Source of the DNA: Candidatus Berkelbacteria bacterium
Lineage (GTDB): Bacteria; Patescibacteriota; UBA1384; XYA2-FULL-43-10; 1-14-0-10-43-13
Length of the DNA stretch: 64,000 nt
NCBI GenBank assembly: GCA_037140515.1
Contig: JBAXEI010000003.1
Span: forward strand, 300 to 64,299
Direction of reading: 5' to 3'
Each line of letters starts with the position of its first letter. Positions within the stretch are counted from its first letter, which is position 1. Positions 18,161-27,356 of the stretch are shown here, piece by piece. The position numbers and the translations under genes are program-made. The notes beneath the pieces are model-generated. The model did not search any database and was not told where the DNA came from. It saw only the letters and a program-made list of their open reading frames with translations.

Positions 18161-19027
18161 ATGAGATTTTTCGTTCTTGGCGGAAATAATGCTGAGATGG
18201 CGGCAACAGCACAGCTGCTTATTATGAGCGGTGAAAGCTTCATTCAACCAGATAAGAGCTGCGGCGAGCATTTGTTCACACATGAGCAATTGGGACTTTC
18301 ATCCAAAAGATTTATAGCCGGCACGGATCAATTAGCAACATCTTGGATTCATGGATATTCGGAAATAATCTTTTGTGAGTGCGGACCAGCAGAAGGCTTC
18401 CCAAGCTTTCACAGTAGCATTTTAATCTGTCAGCATAAGAAAAAATCAGCTGAAAAGTCAACAATTTTTCAGGTTATGGACTTGCTGGAAATCAAATTTT
18501 CCGATGCAACACGCCGTTGGGCAGAGCTGGTCGCCGCCCACAGCGCCGGCTACATCCCAGCGATGATGGCCATCGGTGCAACAGCAGAAGAAATTCAGCG
18601 CGTATGTGCGCTTGATCGTTCAGCCCGAGGAGTTTCTGCTCAGCAAGAGTATCTGGCTGAGATTGCTATCGAGTCTCGAAAAGTAAGTGAACGTCTCGTT
18701 GTGATCCCACTACCTCATAACAAATGGTCGACGGTCACAGATCGACTTTTCGGAAAGCTCGATCAGCTTCTGATCTTATCGTCAGAGCAAAAAGAAGCTT
18801 ATTTCTACGGAGAATTAGCAAAATGTGATGCGCTATTTGAACAGTTTCAGGGAGAAAAAAGTGAATTAGCATATGGCTATGCAGAGAATTACGGTTGTTG
18901 GACTGCGAAGATACAAATATCGCAATTCGATGATGTCAGAAGGCTGGTTTACCGGCAAATCCAAGCCGATAAGAAAATCGAAAAAACATTAGGAACGTCT
19001 TCATTGACGTTCCTTTTTTTATACTAA
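18161..19027 (+). CDS. Hypothetical protein (288 aa, no recognisable domain), second gene of the inserted cassette
   Basis: GGAGGTGAAG RBS before the ATG. The local GC appears higher than in the flanking r-protein genes. Confidence 0.6.
   Translation: MRFFVLGGNNAEMAATAQLLIMSGESFIQPDKSCGEHLFTHEQLGLSSKRFIAGTDQLATSWIHGYSEIIFCECGPAEGFPSFHSSILICQHKKKSAEKSTIFQVMDLLEIKFSDATRRWAELVAAHSAGYIPAMMAIGATAEEIQRVCALDRSARGVSAQQEYLAEIAIESRKVSERLVVIPLPHNKWSTVTDRLFGKLDQLLILSSEQKEAYFYGELAKCDALFEQFQGEKSELAYGYAENYGCWTAKIQISQFDDVRRLVYRQIQADKKIEKTLGTSSLTFLFLY
18992..19013. repeat. 22-nt perfect palindrome GGAACGTCTTCATTGACGTTCC (copy 2), plus a T-run that probably makes it a terminator
   Basis: Overlaps the last codons of the 18161-19027 ORF and is followed by TTTTTTTT. 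Confidence 0.65.
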
Positions 19028-19070
19028 AAAAGCAGGGACTCTCATCTCTGCTTTTTCTATATCAATTGAA

Positions 19071-19595
19071 CTATTTTGTTTTTTTGACCGTTGTCTTTGC
19101 CTTAGCTGCTTTTGGAGCAACTTCGACTTTTTCTATAGCTTCTTCAACAACTGGCTCAGCTACTTCTTCTTTTGAAGCTTTAGCAGCCTTCGCAGCTGGC
19201 TTGATCTCGGCGATAGACTTAGAAACTCTGACATCTGGGCCAAAAGTAACTTTCTTTGTCAGTTCACCGTTGTTCAAGATCTTAGCAATTTGGTGCTTCT
19301 TAAGAACGCCATTTGCAACCAAGACTTCTTTAGTGACAACGTCACCATCTTTGAAGATAGCAGAAATGATATCAAGAGAGATAACAATCGCCTTTTCACG
19401 CTTGGATTTGAAGCCAGGAAGCTTTGGCAATCTCATCGAAAGTGGAGTTTGGCCACCTTCAAATTTTCGAGGGATATTATGTCCACTTCGAGATTTTTGA
19501 CCTTTTGTGCCACGTCCTGCAGTCTTGCCCTGACCAGCCGAGAGACCTCGACCGATTCTTTTCTTGACTTTAGATTTTATTGATACTAATTCCAT
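19071..19595 (-). CDS. rplO: 50S ribosomal protein L15 (with a K/A-rich C-terminal tail)
   Basis: [24 protein letters not shown] motif. C-terminus [15 protein letters not shown]...[10 protein letters not shown]. Confidence 0.9.
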   Translation of the reverse strand: MELVSIKSKVKKRIGRGLSAGQGKTAGRGTKGQKSRSGHNIPRKFEGGQTPLSMRLPKLPGFKSKREKAIVISLDIISAIFKDGDVVTKEVLVANGVLKKHQIAKILNNGELTKKVTFGPDVRVSKSIAEIKPAAKAAKASKEEVAEPVVEEAIEKVEVAPKAAKAKTTVKKTK

Positions 19596-19616
19596 AATTT
19601 CCTTAAATATTTATCG

Positions 19617-20339
19617 TTATTTCATGCTTTTTTTAGCAGCTTTTTTCGTTTCGGATTTCTTGACAACTTTTTTAGCTGGCTCGTCTGCTTTTGCTTCAGC
19701 AACGATATCGGCCTTGACCTCAGCTTCGATTGTTTTCTCTGTAGAAGCTGTGATTACAGGCGCTGCGATTTTCTTATCAACGTATGACTGAATTTTGTTT
19801 GTATACTCAGGTTTGAAAGAAGATAGAGCTTTTACAGTAGCGATAATGTTGTTTACTTTGCTTGGGCTACCCATCATCTTGCCTAGAAGATCTGTGATAC
19901 CAGCAAGCTCAGCAACAGCTCGGACTGCACCACCAGCAACGATAGATGTACCAGCAGCAGCAGGCTTAAGCATGACTACAGCTGAACCAAATTTGAAAGT
20001 AACTTCGTAAGGGATCGTGCCATCAACAATCGGAACAACGCTTAGCTTCTTTTTTGCTTGAGCGACTGCTTTTCGAACAGCTTCAGCAACATCATTTGCC
20101 TTGGCCATGCCAACGCCGATCTTACCTTTTCTGTTTCCGATCACGATAAGAGCTCTGAAACGAATACGTCGGCCACCTTTTACAGTACGCGCAACGCGTC
20201 GAACTTCGATTACTCTCTCTTCAAACTCTGAAGGCTCTTTTTTGTTATCGCCAAAAGATCGAGGTCTCATGAAATTTTTCTTGATTCCTGCATTTTTTGG
20301 ATCGACTGGGGCTGAGTTTGTATTTTCGATTGCTGACAT
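19617..20339 (-). CDS. rpsE: 30S ribosomal protein S5 (with a K/A/E-rich C-terminal extension of about 60 aa)
   Basis: VRRVARTVKGGRRIRFRALIVIGN...GSPSKVN S5 core. There is no rpmD (bL30) gene between rpsE and rplO. Confidence 0.9.
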   Translation of the reverse strand: MSAIENTNSAPVDPKNAGIKKNFMRPRSFGDNKKEPSEFEERVIEVRRVARTVKGGRRIRFRALIVIGNRKGKIGVGMAKANDVAEAVRKAVAQAKKKLSVVPIVDGTIPYEVTFKFGSAVVMLKPAAAGTSIVAGGAVRAVAELAGITDLLGKMMGSPSKVNNIIATVKALSSFKPEYTNKIQSYVDKKIAAPVITASTEKTIEAEVKADIVAEAKADEPAKKVVKKSETKKAAKKSMK

Positions 20340-20358
20340 CTTTATCCCTTACTTATTA

Positions 20359-20667
20359 TTAAAATTTAAGTCCGCCTTCACGCAAGCCGTCAGCCATAGC
20401 TTTGACTTGACCGTGATAACGGTAACCATTTCGATCATAGACGATCTCAGTAACTTTTTTGGCAATAGCAAGCTTAGCAAGCGCCTTGCCAGTTTCTGCT
20501 GAACGCTCGACTGGTTTTAGTTTTTGATCAATCTTTTTCGAAGTGATCGAAAGGATAGTAACACCCTTTGTATCATCGATAAGCTGAACTTCAATATTTT
20601 TATTAGAACGAAATACAGAAGCGCGTGGCTTTGTAGCTGTTCCGATAATTTTTTTGTTATGTGTCAT
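20359..20667 (-). CDS. rplR: 50S ribosomal protein L18
   Basis: Conserved uL18 pattern and position. Confidence 0.9.
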   Translation of the reverse strand: MTHNKKIIGTATKPRASVFRSNKNIEVQLIDDTKGVTILSITSKKIDQKLKPVERSAETGKALAKLAIAKKVTEIVYDRNGYRYHGQVKAMADGLREGGLKF

Positions 20668-20676
20668 GGTAATTCC

Positions 20677-21216
20677 TTATTTAGAAGCAGCAGTCTTACC
20701 GGCTTTTCGACGGATATGCTCATCTTTATATTTAATGCCTTTGCCCTTATATGGCTCTGGTGGTCGAACTTTTCGGATAATCGCTGCGAACTGTCCAACA
20801 GACTGCTTATCTACGCCAGATACTGTAATCGAATTCTTTACGATTTTGACTTCAAGTCCTTCAGGAATAACAAGCTTGATCTCATGAGAGTAGCCCATAT
20901 TTAGAAGAACATCACGTCCAGAAACAGCAGCACGGTAACCAGTACCAGTGAATTGCAACTCTTTAGTGAAGCCAACCTTTACGCCTTCAATCATGTTGTT
21001 GATCAATCTAGCGATCAAGCCATGTTTTGCTCGAGCTGGTTTGGAATCGTTGATTCGATTGACAATAATTTGACCATCAGCAATTTCGATACTGACTTCT
21101 CTTGGTAAATCCATCTCCATTTTGTTTGAATCGTGTGTTACAGAAAGATGGCCGTTTACATTTTCAACGGTTACACCTTCTAATATCACTACTGGTCTTT
21201 TGCCTATTTTACTCAT
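20677..21216 (-). CDS. rplF: 50S ribosomal protein L6
   Basis: MSKIGKRPVVILEGVTVE... Confidence 0.95.
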   Translation of the reverse strand: MSKIGKRPVVILEGVTVENVNGHLSVTHDSNKMEMDLPREVSIEIADGQIIVNRINDSKPARAKHGLIARLINNMIEGVKVGFTKELQFTGTGYRAAVSGRDVLLNMGYSHEIKLVIPEGLEVKIVKNSITVSGVDKQSVGQFAAIIRKVRPPEPYKGKGIKYKDEHIRRKAGKTAASK

Positions 21217-21252
21217 AATATTCCAAATACTTATTTATACTTATACTATCTA

Positions 21253-21630
21253 TTACCAAACTTCGCAGATTAGCTCACCGCCAAGGCCTTTTTTGAAAGC
21301 CTCTTTACCAGTGGTGATACCTGTAGAAGTTGAAATGATGACTGTTCCTAAGCCTCTAAGAGGTTTTGGAATTTCCTGATTTTTTGCATATACTCTTCGG
21401 CCCGGTTTGCTGATTTGTTTAAAGTGGGTAGGAGTTTTTGAATCAGAAATAACAACCTTCAAAAATTGTCGGTTCTCTTCTTTGACAACTTCAACACTAG
21501 TCAAAAATTTTGACTCTTTTAAAATGTCTAGAATTGCCTTATTCATCTTGGAGAAAGTGATGATAACTTCTCTTTTTCCAACTAATGAAGCGTTCTTAAT
21601 TCTTATCAATAAATCTGCTATTTGATCCAT
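21253..21630 (-). CDS. rpsH: 30S ribosomal protein S8
   Basis: MDQIADLLIRIKNA... Confidence 0.95.
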   Translation of the reverse strand: MDQIADLLIRIKNASLVGKREVIITFSKMNKAILDILKESKFLTSVEVVKEENRQFLKVVISDSKTPTHFKQISKPGRRVYAKNQEIPKPLRGLGTVIISTSTGITTGKEAFKKGLGGELICEVW

Positions 21631-21657
21631 ACTTATCCTTATGTAATGGTTTAAATT

Positions 21658-21843
21658 CTACCAGCTTGACTTGACTACCCCAGGAATTTCACCTCTGGAA
21701 GCTAGCTCTCGGAAACAAATTCTGCACATCCCGAATTTCCGTATATATGCATGCTTTCGACCGCAAAGCTTGCATCTTCTGATTGTTCTCGACATATATT
21801 TTGGCTTTTTTTCAGCCTTTAATATCATTGATAGTTTTGCCAT
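21658..21843 (-). CDS. rpsZ: 30S ribosomal protein S14 type Z (zinc-binding)
   Basis: 61 aa, [20 protein letters not shown]. Confidence 0.95.
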   Translation of the reverse strand: MAKLSMILKAEKKPKYMSRTIRRCKLCGRKHAYIRKFGMCRICFRELASRGEIPGVVKSSW

Positions 21844-21845
21844 AA

Positions 21846-22394
21846 TTACTCCTTGCCCTTCTTAAATGGGAAACCAAGTTTTGTAAGCAAAACTTTGGAG
21901 TCTTCTCTATTTCTAGCTTTAATTCTAAAGTTGATCTCTAGGCCAAAATTGTGAGTAATCTCTTCGTATTTGATCTCAGGGAAGATAGAATAATCGCGCA
22001 AGCCAATAGAGTAATTGCCAGCGTTGTCAAAGCTTGTAGTCGAAAGACCACGGAAGTCACGAACTCGAGGCAAAGCTACATTGACCAAACGGCTGATGAA
22101 GTCGTACATTCTGATACCGCGCAAAGTTACGGTGACACCAACTGGTTGACCGATTCTAAGTTTGAAAGCAGAAACTGCTTTTACAGATTTGTTGACTTTT
22201 GCCTTTTGACCAGTAATTTTTGCGATCTCAGCGCAGATTTTTTCGATAGCAGCTTTGTCTTCTTTGAAGTCACCAGTACCGACAGAAACTACTACTTTTT
22301 CGATCTTTGGAAGTTCATGAACATTCTCAATCTTAAGCTCAGCTTTAACAGCTGGAAGAATGACTTTATTGAATTTTTCGATTAATCGTTCCAT
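21846..22394 (-). CDS. rplE: 50S ribosomal protein L5
   Basis: Conserved uL5 sequence and position. Confidence 0.95.
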   Translation of the reverse strand: MERLIEKFNKVILPAVKAELKIENVHELPKIEKVVVSVGTGDFKEDKAAIEKICAEIAKITGQKAKVNKSVKAVSAFKLRIGQPVGVTVTLRGIRMYDFISRLVNVALPRVRDFRGLSTTSFDNAGNYSIGLRDYSIFPEIKYEEITHNFGLEINFRIKARNREDSKVLLTKLGFPFKKGKE

Positions 22395-22714
22395 TATTTA
22401 TTCCCATTTTCTAAGCCTTGGCCGCATTTTCGGCAAACGCGCTCTTTAGCTTTTTCTGTAATTTTATATGATACTTTTGTAAGCTTGCCACATGACTGAC
22501 AAATCATCATTACGTCAGAAACGTCAATCTTTCGGTTGATATCGATGATACCGCCCTGAGGATTAGCCTTCGATGGTTTGACATGTTTTTTGGCAATGCC
22601 AACTCCCTTAACGATAATTTTGTTATCATTAGGAAATACTCTCTCGATTACACCAGATTTACCTTTGTCTTTTCCGGCAATTACCGCTACATTGTCATTT
22701 TTTTTCAATTTCAT
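22394..22714 (-). CDS. rplX: 50S ribosomal protein L24 with a C-terminal CxxC-N17-CxxC zinc-ribbon-like extension
   Basis: KOW motif VAVIAGKDKGKSGVI, then ...ICQSCGKLTKVSYKITEKAKERVCRKCGQ. Confidence 0.9.
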   Translation of the reverse strand: MKLKKNDNVAVIAGKDKGKSGVIERVFPNDNKIIVKGVGIAKKHVKPSKANPQGGIIDINRKIDVSDVMMICQSCGKLTKVSYKITEKAKERVCRKCGQGLENGNK

Positions 22715-22753
22715 ATTTTTTCTTCTATCTTTATTGTAATAAAGCTTTTTTAA

Positions 22754-23119
22754 TTAAAGTACCTCTGGAGCAAGAGAGATGATTTTCATGTACTCTGCTC
22801 GAAGCTCTCTTGGGATTGGCCCAAAAATACGGGTTCCACGAGGCTCTTTCTTGTCGTCGATGATGACGGCTGCATTTTCGCTGAATCGGATAAATGAACC
22901 ATCCTCACGGCCGATTGCTTTTTTCTGTCTTACAATAACAGCGTGAACAACTTCTTTCTTCTTGACTGTTCCTCTTGGTATTGCGTCTTTGACTGAAGCA
23001 GAAATAACATCGCCAACTTCGCCGCCGCATCTTCGAGTTCTGCCTAGAACTGAGATACATTCGATTTCTTTTGCGCCTGTATTATCTGCAACATTTAGTC
23101 TTGTGCCTGGCTGGATCAT
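22754..23119 (-). CDS. rplN: 50S ribosomal protein L14
   Basis: [18 protein letters not shown]... Confidence 0.95.
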   Translation of the reverse strand: MIQPGTRLNVADNTGAKEIECISVLGRTRRCGGEVGDVISASVKDAIPRGTVKKKEVVHAVIVRQKKAIGREDGSFIRFSENAAVIIDDKKEPRGTRIFGPIPRELRAEYMKIISLAPEVL

Positions 23120-23361
23120 TATTTAACCTTTCTCGTGACCATATATGTAACATCTTTCGAATATGGTTTTGTTTCAGCGATCTCTACGAAGTCACCTTCT
23201 TTGTAGGTATTTTCTTCATCATGAGCTTTGTAGTTTTTGCTTATAACGTATTTTTTCTTATAAATTGGATGTGTTTTGATACGATCAATCTTGATAACGA
23301 CGGTTTTATCCATCTTGTCAGAGATTACGAATCCTGTTTTCATTTTTTTTGTTGATTTCAT
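23119..23361 (-). CDS. rpsQ: 30S ribosomal protein S17
   Basis: Conserved uS17 OB fold. Confidence 0.9.
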   Translation of the reverse strand: MKSTKKMKTGFVISDKMDKTVVIKIDRIKTHPIYKKKYVISKNYKAHDEENTYKEGDFVEIAETKPYSKDVTYMVTRKVK

Positions 23362-23363
23362 AA

Positions 23364-23567
23364 TTACTCCGCTGCGTTTTCGTTTATTAGTGTATATAGA
23401 AGTGAAACGCTTTTCTTTAGCTTTTTGACCTCTGAAAAATTGGCCATTTTACCAGCAGCAACCTTCAGTCTTGTCTGAGCAAGTTTTTTCTTCGCAACAA
23501 GCATCTCAGCCTGTTTGGCCTCGAGTGTCATCTCGCGAAATTTTTTGATTTCTTCTAAACGTTTCAT
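23364..23567 (-). CDS. rpmC: 50S ribosomal protein L29
   Basis: 67 aa, helical, conserved position. Confidence 0.9.
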   Translation of the reverse strand: MKRLEEIKKFREMTLEAKQAEMLVAKKKLAQTRLKVAAGKMANFSEVKKLKKSVSLLYTLINENAAE

Positions 23568-23983
23568 TATGCAACCTCTTCTTTGCTGATAAATTTAGTC
23601 TTAACTGGAATCTTGTGCATTGCCAAACGCATTGCTTCTTTGGCAAGAACGTAATCTACGCCATCCATCTCGAAAAGGATTCGGCCTGGACGAACAACAG
23701 CGACGAAATGGTCGACTGCTCCTTTACCAGAACCCATAGGAACTTCTGCAGATGTCTGTGTAACTGGCTTATCCGGGAAGATTCTGATCCAAACTTGTCC
23801 ACCTTTTTTGATATATCTTGTCATTGCGCGTCTAGCTGCTTCAATGCTTCGAGCTGATACCCAACCAGCGGACATGGCCTTGATACCAAACTTGCCAAAT
23901 GCAAAATCATTACCACGACTAGCTACACCGCCGCGTTTTCCTCTTTGCTGTTTTCTGAACTTCATTTTTTTGGGCATCAACAT
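23567..23983 (-). CDS. rplP: 50S ribosomal protein L16
   Basis: [19 protein letters not shown]... Confidence 0.95.
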   Translation of the reverse strand: MLMPKKMKFRKQQRGKRGGVASRGNDFAFGKFGIKAMSAGWVSARSIEAARRAMTRYIKKGGQVWIRIFPDKPVTQTSAEVPMGSGKGAVDHFVAVVRPGRILFEMDGVDYVLAKEAMRLAMHKIPVKTKFISKEEVA

Positions 23984-24003
23984 AATATGTTTCCTAATCT
24001 AAA

Positions 24004-24651
24004 TTACTTGATCATATCGTCGGCAACGAAGGTTTTTTCACCTTTGTACATCCAGACTTTTACACCGATAATACCGTAAGTTGTTAAAGCTGTAAGATAT
24101 TTATAATCGATATCGCTCTTAAAAGTGCTCAAAGGAACATTCCCGAAGCTGATTTTCTCGCTTCTAGCGATGTCAGCACCGTTCAAACGGCCAGAAAGTT
24201 GGACTTTCATACCTTTGATACCAGCAGCTTTGCCTTTTTCGATTGACTGTTTCATTGCTCTTCGGAAAGGGATACGCTTCTCGATCTGAGTTGCGATTGT
24301 TTGAGCCATGATTGCAGCGTCTGCATCAGGTTTTTTGACTTCGATAATGTTTATTTGAATTTTTTCAGTAACAAATACTGCAAGCATTTTCTTCAGCTCA
24401 TCTGAGCCAGCTCCGCCTCGTCCGATAACCATACCTGGACGGCTTGAGTGGATGTCTACAGTGATCTTATTTGAATCACGGTTGATGATGATTCGTGAAA
24501 TATAAGCTTCCTTAAGCTTCTTCTCTAAAGCTCTTCTGATCTTGATATCAGTGATTAGCTTCTCGGCGTAGTTTTGACGACCGAACCAACGGGATGACCA
24601 ATTTTGGTTGATCTTCAAGCGAATAGATTTTGGATTTACTTTCTGTCCCAT
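24004..24651 (-). CDS. rpsC: 30S ribosomal protein S3
   Basis: MGQKVNPKSIRLKINQNWSSRWF, with a KH domain. Confidence 0.95.
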   Translation of the reverse strand: MGQKVNPKSIRLKINQNWSSRWFGRQNYAEKLITDIKIRRALEKKLKEAYISRIIINRDSNKITVDIHSSRPGMVIGRGGAGSDELKKMLAVFVTEKIQINIIEVKKPDADAAIMAQTIATQIEKRIPFRRAMKQSIEKGKAAGIKGMKVQLSGRLNGADIARSEKISFGNVPLSTFKSDIDYKYLTALTTYGIIGVKVWMYKGEKTFVADDMIK

Positions 24652-25074
24652 TTAGCCTTTCACGATTTCTTTAATAGCTTTTGCAGATTTTACAGTTTTT
24701 ACAGCCTTTTTAGCTGGTTTTTTGTCAGCTAGCGCTTTTGGTGTCTCTCTTGATTCAAGAGTTAAGATCAAATGGCTGCCTCTTTTTGTGATTGCTCGAG
24801 ACTGACCCTTTGACCAAGGTTGCATACGCTTAAGGCTAGGAGCCTCGTTGCAGCAAACGCTCTTGATGAAGATTTGATCTGTCTCAAGAAAATTCTCTTT
24901 AGCAGCAGCGATTCCTGAATTTACCAAAGCGTACAGCAAAGTAGCAGCTTTTCTTTGGGTAAAGAAAAGAACTTTTTTTGCTTCTTCTGCAGCCATTCCG
25001 CGTAGACCGTGCATAACTGGACGGACTTTTCTGGCCGAAATTCTGACATAATTATTTTTTACTGTAATTTCCAT
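24652..25074 (-). CDS. rplV: 50S ribosomal protein L22
   Basis: Conserved uL22 pattern and position. Confidence 0.9.
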   Translation of the reverse strand: MEITVKNNYVRISARKVRPVMHGLRGMAAEEAKKVLFFTQRKAATLLYALVNSGIAAAKENFLETDQIFIKSVCCNEAPSLKRMQPWSKGQSRAITKRGSHLILTLESRETPKALADKKPAKKAVKTVKSAKAIKEIVKG

Positions 25075-25101
25075 AATGTTTTCTAAAGTTAGGGATTGCT
25101 A

Positions 25102-25386
25102 TTATTTCTTGGATTGCTCTTTAGCCATCTTACCACCGTGGCGTCTGAATTTGCGTGTTGGTGAGAATTCACCAAGTTTGTGTCCAACCATCTCTTCTAC
25201 AACGAATACAGGAATATGCTCTTTGCCGTTGTGAACTGCGATTGTCAGTGTGACCATTTCTGGGATAACTGTACAACTTCTAGCCCATGTTCTGATTGGT
25301 TTTTTATCGCCTGAAGCTACAGCTTTTTGAACCTTCATCAATAGCTTTTCGTCGACGTATGGACCTTTTTTAAGTGAGCGTGACAT
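25102..25386 (-). CDS. rpsS: 30S ribosomal protein S19
   Basis: [16 protein letters not shown]... Confidence 0.95.
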   Translation of the reverse strand: MSRSLKKGPYVDEKLLMKVQKAVASGDKKPIRTWARSCTVIPEMVTLTIAVHNGKEHIPVFVVEEMVGHKLGEFSPTRKFRRHGGKMAKEQSKK

Positions 25387-26216
25387 TATTTTGTTCTCCG
25401 CGATAGGATTAATTTCGAACTCTTATTCTTCTTGTTTCTTGTTCTCTTGCCAAGTGCAGGTGCGCCCCATGGAGTCTTTGGATATTTCATACCAATTGGA
25501 GAGTGACCTTCACCACCACCATGTGGATGGTCGCAAGGATTCTTTGATTTACCAAGAACAGTTGGTTTGACACCCATATGACGTTTGCGTCCAGCTTTAC
25601 CGTATACAACTTTGTTGTGGTCAATATTTGAAACAATACCGATAGATGCATAGTAGTCGGCAATAGCTTTTCGAACTTCACCGGATGGCATTCTGATCAT
25701 CGCGTATTTCTCATCTACGCTAAGAAGAGTTGCAAAGCCACCAGCACTTCGGCAGATCTGACCGCCCTTACCGTTGGTAAGCTCGATGTTGTGGATCTGA
25801 GTAGAAACTGGAATATTTTTCATCTTCATTCTGTTGCCAACTCGGATAGGTGCTTCTTCGCCACAAGTGACTTTAGCGCCCTTTTTGAGGCCATCAGGAG
25901 CAAGAATATATGATTTCTCACCATCTTTGAAGACGATAAGTGCCAAGTTTGCAGAACGATTTGGATCGTACTGAATGCTTAGAACCTCTGCCTCTTCACC
26001 GAGGTGTGATGTCATCACGAAGTCTACAATACGGTATTTACGCTTTGCTCCACCGCCCTTGTGCATAACAACTAGCTGACCTGCATCGTTGCGGCCTGAA
26101 GTTCTTTTGAAGCCAAAGGTAAGTGATTTTTCTGGTTTGACTTTATCAACCTCTTGTTTGAGGTAAGTCATCAGTCTTCGTCCGTTGGTTGTAGGTTTTA
26201 CTTTTATGATTGTCAT
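25386..26216 (-). CDS. rplB: 50S ribosomal protein L2
   Basis: ...[13 protein letters not shown]... motif. Confidence 0.95.
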   Translation of the reverse strand: MTIIKVKPTTNGRRLMTYLKQEVDKVKPEKSLTFGFKRTSGRNDAGQLVVMHKGGGAKRKYRIVDFVMTSHLGEEAEVLSIQYDPNRSANLALIVFKDGEKSYILAPDGLKKGAKVTCGEEAPIRVGNRMKMKNIPVSTQIHNIELTNGKGGQICRSAGGFATLLSVDEKYAMIRMPSGEVRKAIADYYASIGIVSNIDHNKVVYGKAGRKRHMGVKPTVLGKSKNPCDHPHGGGEGHSPIGMKYPKTPWGAPALGKRTRNKKNKSSKLILSRRTK

Positions 26217-26255
26217 AATATTCCGTGAGTTATAATTTGCTTATTGGAAGGCTTT

Positions 26256-26633
26256 TTATTTCTTATTTTCTCTTACTTTTACTGTAGTGTCTGAATTGTC
26301 AGCCTCTACTTTTTTGGCTTCTTTTTTCTTTTTTTCAGCTTTTTCTTCAGGTTTCTCAATCTCGAAAAGATCAATAGTATCGCCTTTTTTCAAAGTGAGA
26401 GTCGCTTTTTTGTAATCGCTTCTCTTGCCATAACCTTTTTTCGATCTTTTGATTTTTCCTTGAATATTAGCAACGTTTACAGCCAAGACTTTTACGCTGA
26501 AAAGCTCTGCTGCTGTCTCAGAAATCTCATCTTTTGTTGCTCTTTTGTCAACAATAAATGTAAATTTACCCTCGGCAGCTTTGCCGAAACTTTTTTCTGA
26601 AATTATTGCTTTTTTGAAGATATCGCTGTTCAT
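26256..26633 (-). CDS. rplW: 50S ribosomal protein L23 (with a K/E-rich C-terminal tail)
   Basis: uL23 core plus ...EKPEEKAEKKKKEAKKVEAD. Confidence 0.9.
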   Translation of the reverse strand: MNSDIFKKAIISEKSFGKAAEGKFTFIVDKRATKDEISETAAELFSVKVLAVNVANIQGKIKRSKKGYGKRSDYKKATLTLKKGDTIDLFEIEKPEEKAEKKKKEAKKVEADNSDTTVKVRENKK

Positions 26634-26654
26634 ATTATACCAATTGTTATCTTA

Positions 26655-27335
26655 TTATAGTGATGCTTTAGCAGCAGCTTTTACTTTCACTGGGGCAGCT
26701 TCGACTTCTGCTGTTCCAAGGAATCTTGCTTCCATCTCTTTCAAAGCTTGCTCTGAAATAACGAGATTATGTGAAGATAAGATTGTGATAAGGTTGATTT
26801 TTTCTGGAGTCATCATGTTTAGACCTGCGATGTTGCGGAAAGATTTGCAAGAATTTTCATCAGCTGTGGAGTAAATAAGTGAAATTTTGCCAGAAGCTTT
26901 TACATTTGCAAGGATTTCCATTGCAACTGAAGTTTTAGCTTCGGCAAGCTTAAGTGAATCAACTACGATTCCCTTGTCTTCCTTCAGCATGTTGCCGATT
27001 GAACCAACAATGACTTTTTTCTTCATGTTTTTGTTGATTCTGAGCTTGAAATTCTGCTCGTTTGATGGACCAAATGTTACACCACCACCAACCCACAAAG
27101 GAGATCGGCTTGAACCCTGACGAGCTCGGCCTGTGCCTTTTTGTTTGTATGGTTTCTTGCCGCCACCTGAGACTTCGCTTCGGTCTTTCGAATTTGCGAT
27201 TGGCTCACGAAGAGCGCCTCTTAGATAGTTAACATAAAGCGCTAAAGCTCTATCAGATACTTCAGCCGAAAATTCCTCGCTGATCTGCAAGTCTTTTACT
27301 TTTTCACCCTTTTGATTTAAAACTTTTATCTTCAT
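26655..27335 (-). CDS. rplD: 50S ribosomal protein L4
   Basis: Conserved uL4 sequence and position. Confidence 0.9.
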   Translation of the reverse strand: MKIKVLNQKGEKVKDLQISEEFSAEVSDRALALYVNYLRGALREPIANSKDRSEVSGGGKKPYKQKGTGRARQGSSRSPLWVGGGVTFGPSNEQNFKLRINKNMKKKVIVGSIGNMLKEDKGIVVDSLKLAEAKTSVAMEILANVKASGKISLIYSTADENSCKSFRNIAGLNMMTPEKINLITILSSHNLVISEQALKEMEARFLGTAEVEAAPVKVKAAAKASL

Positions 27336-27356
27336 GATATCTATCTTTATTATTAT

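Noticed and set aside
18034-19013. The 22-nt palindromes as a mini CRISPR array
   Set aside because: There are only two copies, 958 bp apart, with no regular spacer periodicity and no cas genes. No CRISPR-like direct-repeat array exists anywhere in the window.
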